DNA of 62,150 nucleotides, filler included, from Sphacelaria rigidula (taxonomy: Eukaryota): assembly GCA_964200075.2 (NCBI GenBank). It is 5 parts of 5 records of this genome, joined end to end, with 100 filler letters (N's around TTAATTAATTAA, not from the genome) between each part and the next. Parts side by side here need not be neighbours in the genome. Positions count along the whole stretch, not along the records: positions 37,359 to 49,704 come from CAXNAA020003868.1; positions 49,805 to 62,150 come from CAXNAA020003869.1; 3 more parts are not named here. One strand, written 5' to 3'. Every line of letters starts with the position of its first letter. The first letter of the stretch is position 1. The position numbers were made by a program, and so were the translations under genes. This document shows positions 41,363-52,610 of the stretch, one piece after another. The notes beneath the pieces were generated by a model that was not told the DNA's origin, did no database searches, and saw nothing but the letters and a program-made list of their open reading frames with translations.

Positions 41363-44300
41363 CTCCTCTTGTGACGCTGTAGTAGCCGATGGAGTCGAAA
41401 AAGGACTGAAAGCCGTGAAGGCAAGCTGTATCCCGCGTAAACCTCCGTCTTGCCCTCCGCCTTCTTCTCGTCCATAACCTGTTCTATCGCTAGTGACACT
41501 GCCACCTCCGCCGTTTTCGTAACCCACGACCCTACCCCCCTGACCGCAGTCATCACCATCATCAAAGCGGACAGACCTGTCATCGCGGGGGGCGGCCGTT
41601 CCATTGCGATTGCCGTCAGTATCGACGGCGGCGATTCCCTTACCGAACCTCGCATCGTCGTACAGATTGCCAGAATACTCACGACGGAGCGTTCCCTCGC
41701 CGCTGTTCCCGTGACAATTACCGTCGCCATTATCAAAACCCGGGGGTGTAGAAGGCACTGCCTGTGACGCCGGCGCAGAAACATTTCCGTCGCACTGCTG
41801 TCGCGTGGAAAAATGCGCGTTGTCGCAACCGCCACCGTTGGCGAACTCGAGGTTGAAACCACCGGAGAGCTCGCTGTGATGACGCTGATGGTTGTGTTGT
41901 TGTTTGCAGGTTTCGGCGATGGGTTCCAGATCTCCTCCTCTCGTGCCGCCCCTGCTATCTCGTGAGCCGTCGTCGAACCCAAAAAACGCCGGCGGTGACT
42001 GCATCTGAAGTGTCCCGTGAGAATATAACCTGCTACCGATCCCTCGCTCCCTTTGCTCCCCAAGGTCATTCCGATCCCCGAAATCGGTAGCGTCGTCGTG
42101 GCCGCTACTGCCTGCACTGCAGCTGTCGGCGCCGATGCTCCTCAGGTCCCAACCACTGCGAGAGCCAAGGCTGTTCAGGCCGGGCAAGGGCCTTGAAGTC
42201 GAAGGGGAAGATGCTGGCTCAGACGGCGACAGTCCTACCGGAGGGGTGTTAGTCAGCGTCTCCGTGGTGGGGAGCGGCGACCCGCGGCCGGCTACTCCGT
42301 GCAGTTTGCTCCAGCAGCTATTGCTTTCCTCAGCACCGCCGACGCTCCGGCCGCTACCCACGCTGCGGTCGCTGCCCCCCCATGCCGAAGGCTGCTGCGG
42401 TACAGGGAGACAGAAATCACCAAAACCGTTGAAATGCGCTGCAGCGCTGCCGTTGCCCACGCGGCCGCCGGTGCAAGTGGTGGTGTACAACTCCTGCGCA
42501 TCCAACCCGAGGAACTTGGACGCCAACAAGGACGATGACGAAGGGAGCCAAGGGACTGCGGTTGTAGTAGGATACGCCGGCCGAGTCCCGAGTCTGGCCA
42601 GCTGCTCCACGTTCATTGTGGTCAAATCTGACCCTTGATTGTACACGCTGGCACTATCGCGACCACCATAACAACCACAACCACCGGCGCCTGCATTTTG
42701 CACCCACTCGGCCTGTGGGGCGGCCGGGCATAGCTCTCCTAACGTACCCACACACCCCTCACCAGGGTCGCAGCTTTGACCGGTGCGCGAACCATCGTCT
42801 CCCCCGAGAGCAGCACGCTCGCTACGATTTTCTCCGGGGGTGCCATTACCACTATTACCACTGCCGCCGCCGCCGCCCCCCCTCCTTCCGCGCTGCCCGC
42901 GACGTCTCCTGGGCCTGGGTCGTCCGTCAGCTCCCCTCGGTGGGGTAGGAACAGTCCCCGCATTCCCGCCGATCATTTCCATAGCACAGCCGCCACGCAT
43001 AGCACCCTGTTGCTCATCTCCCGATATCCTCGGCAAGGACTGCGCAGTCGGCCGACCGTTGTACGTGACAACATCACCGCCACCGCTATGACTCATAGCT
43101 ATGGGCGTCGCTGGACTAGACACGGCAGCAAGATTGGGAGGTACCACGGGGCGAGCTGGTGGCAGGACGGGGTTCAGAGGCTGCGGGTATGAGCCACCAG
43201 TAGGCCCGCGGCGGGAACCGTCGCCGCCACTCGTCGTTGCGAGTATTTCCTCCTTGAAGGCGAAGCTGGAGCCGTGCCGGGCGAGGCCCAGCTGCACCTC
43301 ATCCTTGGTAAAGCGGTCCTCCTCGTCGCCCAGCTCGTGGAGGTACAGGCACTCTGGGTTATTGCAGGGTAGGTTACGCAAAAAGCTGTTGCAGTATTTG
43401 GTGGTACCGAAGCTCGCGCGGATGGTCCGCCCCATGAGGCGGAAGCCGTCGACAGAACAGATGGCCGCCCAAGCATCCTCTTGCCGAGTGAATGTGATAT
43501 ACGCGCTCGCGCTGCCGTGCCGCGGGTCATCCGCAGCGACCCCCTGGTGATGGTTTATGACCAGCTTCGTGATCTCCCCGTACTGACCAAAGTACTCCGG
43601 CTGCGGATGTTTGTGCGCAAGAGCGGCATCGGCGGCGGAGGTGCATTCGTGAAGAATGTCAGAATATTTTCGAGCGCGGGGAGGAGTGCAAGTGCAAAAA
43701 CGAAAAAACGCTTCATGGTTTACAGAAGGAAAGGAATGACGATATATAACACTAACGTGCCGTCTAGTCGCACATGGCACATACTCTATTATACAACGCT
43801 TCGACACTGCTGTGTAGTAGTATATCGCACCTGCTTCAGCGTGCTAATCTGCGCGATGGTAGGCGTGAGGCCGATCGCGTAAACTAAGGTTCGCTGGATC
43901 ACTCGAAGGTTTTGAAGAACGCGCCGATCGGCCCCGCGAATGAATACGGCTGGCTGTTGCTGCTGTTGTTGCTGCCCTCCAACCGCCGCTTCTTCACAGG
44001 CAACACCGCTACCTTTTGACGAGGAGGCGCCTTGTTGTTGTTGCTGCTGCTGCTGCTGCAGTGGTGGTGGCGGTTGTTGATGTTGACGGCCGAGGCGTCC
44101 CGGAGTGTTACTTCTGCTGCTACTGATGCTGCTGCCGCTAAAACTATTCCTTGCTCCTTCATTGTTGAGCCTACACGACAGCAAACGCAAGGGTAAACAA
44201 GCGCAACGCAGCGGGAAGCGGGGACGGGTGAATCTCAAACGTTGTGAACAGAGATAGAGATAGAGAGAGATAACGGGCACTGGAAACCCACATATTCTAC

Positions 44301-47300
44301 TTGACGAAAAAGGGGCGTGCGGGGGAAAGTTGTTTATGCGGGATGGGAAAGGCGAGGCGTGATGGGCGTAAAGTGATACAGCAAGCGGTGCAAATGTGTG
44401 TATACAGGACAGTACAATACCACAGCACGTGTAGACCTCACGCTGGGTGTTGTATATGGGGAAGGGGGAAGGAGCTGAAGGAAAGGGGGAGTCCTCCACG
44501 ACCTAGTGATCAGGACCATGGTCCGTTTCATAAATCTCGGTCCTAGTTCATGTGCAAAAGCTGATGGTGTAAACGCACACAACGGGGTAATCCATCTCAC
44601 ATCGACAAGCCGCCTGTGTTTTTTCAAGTACTGCTGAAACAGCAAACGATGGGTCGAAATTTGACAAATCCACTTCACCTGCACGGAAAAGTGGGCTAGA
44701 CCCCTCCCCGTCGGGCGATGCGAAGTGTCCGAGACGTGCGGTGGCGATTTTCTCTGATTCGCGGCCAAATGCCGTGTCAAACGTCTCAAGAGTGGAAAAA
44801 ACGAGCCAAAAAAATACCGACCATAAGATATAATTCGTATATGTTTTTTCGTCGCGCTTTTCCCATCGAGAATATTTGAACAGACACGGCCTATGTACGC
44901 CTAAAACTTCTCATGGAGAGCACCCGATATACGTTACTGTTGTTCCCACCGGGCAGTACGGAGCCTAGGACACTAAACTCTCTGAGAGTATCGACGTGAA
45001 ATCAACAATGCCTTCAAACGTCACCATTGTGAATATGCGTAGCGCCGACACCATCGAAGTTGCCACATCGTGCATCACGGGTTTTTCCCGACTTGGGAAC
45101 AGGGGGGTTGTTTACGGTACAACAGTGATAAAATTATGTACTACATAGTATATACTTGGGAATGAATCATGCATACTGTCTGTATGCATCTGCGCTTTTT
45201 TTTGTGCACATTGACGAAAACATTCCGCGTTGGCTCTTTCGTCTGGATCATACGGGGAAACTGCGGGAAAGTACGGTACAATCTAAGGTGCTCTCTCCCA
45301 ACACAAGAGTATCGTACAGCAGTGAAAGTATGCAATGCCGTGGCATCGGAGAACAGTCATGCCACACGGTCAAAACAGGATAAGACAAGAGATGAGCAGT
45401 TATTATAGAGGGAGTATTATCGCACACATCAACCACGCAAGAAGAAGCAGTAACGGATTCGACCGGGAAGGGGTCGGGACGGAAATTCGAAGATACTTCT
45501 GAATCTGGTGCTGTAGAATCGCAAACTACTTCCCCCACCCATTATACGCGCTATACGGTAAACCGTTGGACGAACTGCTTGTACGGGTACAAGTACACGA
45601 TGCGAAAGCCAAGAGTTGTACTTTCGTGAACTGACTGCGTTACTGTACTCTAAACGTTATGTAAATGATATTTTGCTCCTGTCATAAATGTGGAACATTT
45701 GTTATTAAATTGAATATCAAATGTATGCTGTACCTACCGCGCACCTTCTTTTTTTCCCAGGAGAGTTTTGTCCTAGTTCGGCGTCAAGATGCTTATCATG
45801 GTTGGTATTACTTGATTTTAGACTGAACACAGAGACCCACCTCAATTCGCATAATGACCCAAAAGTCTTTGCGGGTGTCAAGGCGTGTGCGTGCGGTTGG
45901 TCAAAACGACAGCAAACTACAAGTGTGTATATGAAGTGATACGATGGACTGACTCCCTTGGGCCTCGGGTGTCAGATGAACCCGAGCTGGACCACTATTT
46001 TAGGCGAAAGACTACTGGTTTCGTTGAAAGTTCTACCGTAGACAAAAGCAAGGGGCTGCCGGGAGACCACGAGTTATACGGCATATTCTTTTTGTGATGG
46101 GGACAGTGCTCCTACTCAAAGGGGAGCTGGTCAAGCGATCGCATTGGGGTGGGGGGCTGGAGGGGGGGGGGAATTAAGCTGGTGATATTGTTCCGAAACA
46201 ATCTCCGACGCTTCAGGGCTACAATACAAAACAACAGTGGTTCTTGCAGGTAATACCTTCAACAAAAATTGCACAGCATGCAGCATTACGGCACAGTTAG
46301 TAGTATGTGCATTTTTCCAAGCATGACGAGCGGAGCCCTACGTTTTCTCCTAAAAAAACGTGCGTGACGCCCGCATGCGGCCGAGGGAAAATGGAAAATA
46401 CATCAACAGAGTACACAGCAAACACACGAACGCATCGATTTAGCCTGACAAATGGTGCCTACAAACATGAAAGACGCAAGTATAACGGTAGTTGCTGTGT
46501 TTTTGCCACGCAAGAGAGGAGTGTGAGCATTTCGGTTCGAGCAGTACAGAATGAAGAGAAGAACTGCCGTGGATCACTGAATATCTGTTTCTGTGATCAT
46601 GTGATAACAGTTCGCGACGCCGTCGGAGGCGACCTTTAGATATCGATTTTCCCTTACACGGCGAGAGTAGGTCATCTGTTGAATCGGGATCAATTTCACT
46701 TGAAAAAAGTATGCATTATCTAGATGGACTACATTCCTCGGGGTCTACGGAAGGGTCAAGCTCTACTGGGGGGCGGATACAATACTAACAGTCGTAAAGG
46801 CTGTTTTTATGTGCTGTCATTATTGTACTCGAAGTCGAAGTTTATTCTAAATAATAGGGGCCGCACACCACATAGATGCATCTTTATCTTTTTGTAGAGG
46901 CGAAAATGAAAAAAAGTCGACAGTGCTACTACTGTACAGTAAATCTTCAAACAAACGTACTTGTTGTACGAGTACTGATCTCTTGATACTATAATACTAC
47001 TGTATACATTATGGTGAGCCGAGCTCTCAGAGCCTCTCCCGACAACGTACTGTGCAGTACAAGAAGAATCCAGTGGCGAACTATTCGGGTTGAGGAGGGG
47101 TATGGGACAACACTTGCTCGATGTGTAGACGCGACACGTGTTTCTCGCGAAAAAATGCCGAGAATAGACGGGGCGGGGATGGCGATGTAGGGGGAGGGGG
47201 GGAAACATGAGCCCATCGCTGGAGCTCAGCATCGCTCAACCCTCGAAAATATATAGGGTGCTGCTACAGCAGTATAGTACAATAGTGGAACAGACACCAC

Positions 47301-48296
47301 AGACAAGAAATAATACAGCAGTCAGTAGTAGTACCGTAAATTACTGCATCGTGTATCCAATGAGCGGGTCGGCGTAACTATTTTTCACACAGGCAACGGT
47401 ATACGAAGTACTATTAGTACGTAGTACTGTGTAAGATACGTGACACATCGACGAAAACAGTTGCGTTTACTATTACGCCGCCGTCGGAGTTTGTGGTGCG
47501 TGTCACATTTGAAGTTCAGATTCAAAAAACGTTCCGGTGATCGGCAGGCACGTGCCAAGATACAGGATACTAAGTGTTGTACGTGTCTTTACAAGAAGAT
47601 CGTTTCTAACAAGCAAGACAGTCCAACCGGAACGCATATAGCGAGACGGACAGAGGAGAAAGAAGACGTAGGAACTTGCTTGCCATTTTTACGTTGAAGA
47701 GGGAAGTACTTTGCTGCTGCAGCATCGATATGATCTGTGCAAGCACCGCACATAAAATACAAGCATGGCTTTTTGCCGCACCGTACATATCAATCTGATC
47801 CCTATATTTTCAAGTATTTTACATCATGGAGAGCATGTGCCACACGACCCACAACATACCGATTGGCACGTTCTCTGATGGTGTCCGCATCTGGCGCCCA
47901 TCCGCAGGTAGGACACGCGCCACCGAAGTTCGCTGCGATCTGCCAGCAGGGTAGGCAAACCTTACAAACGAGCACACCAGCAAGAATGTGATAGGCAAGG
48001 GGTAAGAAGACCACAGGCATGCCCGATCAGGTCACGGACAAGGACACTTTCGCTGTCTCTCTAGTGCAACTTTCTGGTGTGCACTGCTGTACACAGTAGT
48101 ACATGCCTACTGTTGACTCGATGGACGTCACGGTCAGCAGCACGTGAACAAAGATAGATCTAGTGAAGCAAGGAATTCTCCTCACCCGGTAGCCGCAGCG
48201 ACATGCTGGTTGCTGTGCCATGTGAAGGCATTCACGACACGATGGGCACTGACCAACGGCTCCCGTGCCTGGTGCTTTCTGCACCGATCTCGACAT
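41363..48296 (-). CDS. NOT4: NOT4/CNOT4-like protein (C4C4 RING, RRM, C3H1 zinc finger, long low-complexity C-terminus); terminal exons uncertain
   Basis: Phase-compatible exons: 48296-48186 (M...CPSC...CRCGYR), 47960-47860 (VCLPCW...CPTC), 44170-43831 (...NLRVIQRTLVYAIGL...), 43600-41363 (PEYFGQYG...SAYITF...RASFGTTKYCNSFLRNLPCNNPECLYLHE...). These are hallmark NOT4 motifs. Last exon(s) probably near 41.1k/40.8k; an acceptor at 48317 implies an upstream exon. Confidence 0.9.
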
Positions 48297-49704
48297 AGAT
48301 TCGTCAAGATGCGAAACCTGCACAGCGTCCGATCGGACAGCCCAGAAAGTCCGCTAGTCTGCACAGGTTCAAATTATCGATGTGAATTGCTGTTGCTGTA
48401 TTTCTTGTTCGGGGCCCTTTCTCTTTCTCTATCTCGCTCGCTCTCTCGCTGTCTCTGTTACAGTCCTTCACGCTCTTTTGCTCATGCTTGCCGGTTCCAT
48501 GAGATGCACGCTGTTTCTGCTGCTGTTGTGAGGTACCAGGGCAAGGGTTCGTTTCTGGCCGTTATTTTGTTATTATCCGAAACGAAGCGAAGATGCGTGC
48601 GAATCTTGGCGGAAGGTCCACCAGGTTTCACCTTTTTCACTCCCGGAACCTGATTAGGGTATAACCCAAATATTCCTTTTCGTGTCATGTTCTATTCATG
48701 TTCTTTGTTTGCTCAATGTTATTCCCTAGTGTATGGTATAGAAGTGTGTCAGCGAGTAACTCCCAGCAAACGCAAGGCGAGAGAAGGCCAAAAATCCGGA
48801 GGCATCCCAGTAACCGTGAGTGTTTATCCCACAGCTGTAATTTCTATTCATAGTACAAATATGTGCTGCTTGGTTACTGTATGCTTGCCGACACGAGTCA
48901 TGACGGACCTCCTCGTCCTGAGCTTCAATAGCCCATGTAGGGGCTGGGGGTGCCCTTACGGCATGTGCGGCGTACGCTGAACGTGAGCCATCGAGGGAGG
49001 TGCAGCAACAGGGCGCAAGTAGCTATTTCTTCGACCATATGTGTCGCTCTCTTCAAATTGCTGACTCGCTGTAGCAGATGTGTACCTCAGTCCTGATGGC
49101 GCGATAGTCGAAGACGGCAAAAATGATGTGATTGGTCATGTCAACCTGAATCATGTTAAGAAAGGAATGCAGTTGACAATAGCGGTACCACACAGCGGTG
49201 CGCGGGCCAAGCATGTACAGAAACGTCCGCGATAAAAGGGAGGGATGACGGAGATTTGTAACTGGTTTGACACTGGCTTTCCCTTGCTCAGTTTTTGCCC
49301 TCAGTATATACTTCCCCGCACTGGCGCCGGTCATCGGCTTGATTTTGCAGTCCGTCCTCTTTTCGAGGTGCAAGGTGTCAGGTCAGCACGACCCGCGATA
49401 AGTAGAAACGTCTCCCTCTTTTCTCGGAGAAAAGAGGTCGTGCATTTCCACGACGTAATCCATTACAGAACAAGCCTCCTCATTTAAATTTTATGTTGCT
49501 TTCCTCAAGTCAAAGTGTATCCTCACCCACACACCGTCCCCGTCCCTATCAGCTAACTCCCCATTCTCATCTTGTTAGAATTGGTTATTCTCGAACGTCG
49601 GTACCGTTCTGCACCCAGCGAACTTGTATCGGTTCGCTCGAAGACGCGTGGACGAACAGGTCGGCGGGAAGGGAGGGGGGGGGAGGGGGGGTGTACTCAT
49701 GATC

Positions 49705-49804
49705 NNNNNNNNNNNNNNNNNNNNNNNNNNNNNNNNNNNNNNNNNNNNTTAATTAATTAANNNNNNNNNNNNNNNNNNNNNNNNNNNNNNNNNNNNNNNN
49801 NNNN
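49705..49804. other. Assembly gap with linker
   Basis: N-run with central ttaattaattaa. Confidence 0.99.
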
Positions 49805-50539
49805 AGAGAGGAAGCTCCTCGCCCGTGTCCTTTGCGTGTCCTCGCTCGGAGATCACCACTATCGCTCGAGAGACTCGCATCATCGATGTTACGGGCATGT
49901 ACCCAAGTTTTCCATGTTGTGCCTGAAGACCGAGCTGCGGAGAGATTTCGTCTCTTCTTGCTTGCTTGATGCGAAGATCAATTTCTCTCTGCCTCTCTTT
50001 TTGGACAAGACGCGCGTCTGTGCACTGAAAAATATGTCGTTGAAAAACAGGGCAATGTTCCCGTCACCGCTACCACTGCTCTCTGTCACACACATGCCCG
50101 CAAGGACGGTGCTGCGGCAAAACCAGATAGGTCCACCATGAACTTAGGGGGTGTTATTCATCGTCGAGTTTCCCCCACCTCCCCCCGCTTGACAACACGC
50201 CAGTTAGGGGGAGTGCACGAGAGATCAAACACTTGTGAAGACCTTCTTGACATGCAGAGTGAAAAAAGATGCCTATAGTGGTGACCTAACTGTTGCTAGC
50301 GTAGTGCAGAGGGGTGCGTCAGCTGCAATCTGGAGCTTTCGTTGATCTACTCCACTGACTGCCTGCCGTGCCTAGAGGTCACACTGGGTACTGTAACATA
50401 TTATTATGTACCCAAATTCGAAATACCTTTGGAAACGAAAGAGTTCGTTTTTTCAAAGTACATCGGCATGGTTGAAATGATGCTGACTGCTATATACATA
50501 CTTCGGCGTAGAGATCTCAAAACACTGTTCTTGGGGCGC

Positions 50540-51900
50540 ACACATGAACAAAGTAATGATACAAAAGAGTAAGGCACCGATAGGAAGGGTGGACGTGGTT
50601 CTCAGAGATTCGCACCTAGACACTAGGATTAAGAGATGTATCCTGATGAACGTGATCGTACCAAAGCTGGAATATGCAGGAAAGGATTGGAGGGGAGCGT
50701 GGAATTGGTGATGAAGTTACCAACAGTACAGATGGCAGCAGCCATGAAGATGCTTGGATGCTCGAAAACGACGAGTAATACAGCACTAAGAGCAGAGTGA
50801 GGAATGTACTCAGACGCATGCTACGATACGGGGGAGGGGTGTTCGATTCCACGAAAAATGGGCTCGTAGATGCTTCAGACGACCTGCCACACTCGCGATG
50901 CCCTTGTATTCGAGTAGAAGCGGTGTCAAGCAGTATGAATGAGCGTTATTAATCGGAAGCAAGCGCGCTCGAACGACCGTTGCTGCTATCAACGACGTTT
51001 CAAGTAGAATCACGTGGAATAAAACGACCCAAAATACCCCCTCTCTATCGTAGCATGACTCCTCACTTGAAACAAGCAGAGACACGAGGGAAGTGTGGTG
51101 GCAATACTGCAAGAACATGCAGAGAAAGAGATTGCTAGCTACAGTTGATAAAGCTGTATGGAAGAAAAGTACGAAAGAGCATGCTAAAAGGTGGGATGAA
51201 GAAGTTGAGAAAGTATGGAAGGAGATAAGAGGAAACCAAGACGCATAATGTACATAGGTGGAGGCGCGGGGTACAAGACAAACGTAAGGAACATGATAGA
51301 AACAACGGAAAAGGGAGCGCTCAGACGCAAGGCAGACGAGGAACAAAACCTAAAGATATACGGGGGGTTAAGAGAGGGGCCGGATCGGCATCAAAACATA
51401 CCCAACATACCTGTATGGCCGCATGGACGCGCGATTTCGGGTGAGGGACCTGGGCCTGCAAGAAAAAAGAAACAGATACATCACCAGTAGTCGTGTGGAG
51501 GAGGAAGTAGATGCACAGAATTGCCTCTGTGGCAAAGGAATAGAGAACAGAAGTCATACAGTTGCAGAATGTGAAGTATACAAGGAGGAACGGGACGCGC
51601 TAGAGCGGGAAATGCGTGACGTGAACGAAGGTGGCATGAAATCGTTTGACGCGTTGGACAGTAGCGAGAAAATGGTGGCTACACTAGGCGATAGATGGTG
51701 GCCACAGACGGCGAAACAGGACGGGGATAAGATATGTGAATGTTTTTGTGCAATGTATGGAAGAAACGTCATGGGCGCTGGAATGTTGAAGGTGTCTCCA
51801 CCAGGAGTAGGAACGGTGCTCCGCCTCGAAAGGGATGCGTGGTCGATGGTCAAACAACCAAGGCGAGCAACAAATGGGTACGCCCCCGTCCCCCCTCCTC
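50540..51900 (+). mobile_element. 5'-truncated, degenerate LINE (RT C-terminal region to 3' end)
   Basis: LRDSHLDTRIKRCILMNVIVPKLEYAG, TSNTALRAE*GMY, RFRVRDL..., C.CGKGIE.RSH.VAEC (CCHC-type), LGDRWWPQTAK, ...ASNK plus C-rich tail; frameshifted. Confidence 0.85.
50813..51061. mobile_element. MITE, 249 bp, inserted in the LINE
   Basis: TIR gacgcatgctacgata / tatcgtagcatgactc; 4-bp TSD CTCA; its removal restores LINE coding GMYSLETSRD. Confidence 0.88.
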
Positions 51901-52610
51901 CCCCTATCGTAGCATGGCTCCTTCGTTTCCGAATATTCACCTACACCATATCGAAACTTCTTCGAAATGCTCTGCTCCACACGCCCCGAGCGTCCCATCA
52001 CGGGCCGGTGCTGAAAAAGAGAATGCATGACTTTGTTCCTTATGTAATGATGAGTAATAGCGTTCTCTGTGAGAGTTGGTTGTGTGAGTCTGGAGAAAAC
52101 GTCGGCCAAAGAACAATCCTCCCTGCTGCGCGAATGAGCCTGTCGACTGCTCATTACACACAGAATGCCATTCGATTAGTAAGCAAGCCAGATAAATGAA
52201 TTGTAAATATCAAAGTACGACGCGCACCATCAGCGCTGTGCTTGACCGTGAACCAGCGAAAGTCGACATGCGCATCTACAGTATGCTTTCGACGCACAGG
52301 CAGTCGTCGGGTTATGACGATCGCCGTGTTCAGTTGAATATAATCCAACTAGCAACAACGTCCATCGCCAAGCGCTTTCGGTGTAGCGCAATGACCAGGA
52401 GAGCCAACATGAAAAAACAAACAGCTGCTTCATTAACATCAAAATCCTCTGTACGGATGCGGAATCACACAAACAAACACGATGAAAAGCTAGCTGTGCA
52501 CGCTCATACATCACAACACCGCACCGTATTGCTCATGATGCCAACGAAAAAACAACCGAGAGTTCCTGGAGCCCTCCCGCTGCACGAATTATTTTCCAGT
52601 CAATGAGAAA

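Noticed and set aside
43601-43807. N-terminal 69 aa of the 826-aa ORF
   Set aside because: Intron read-through; GT-AG splicing of 43830-43601 restores the NOT4 RRM
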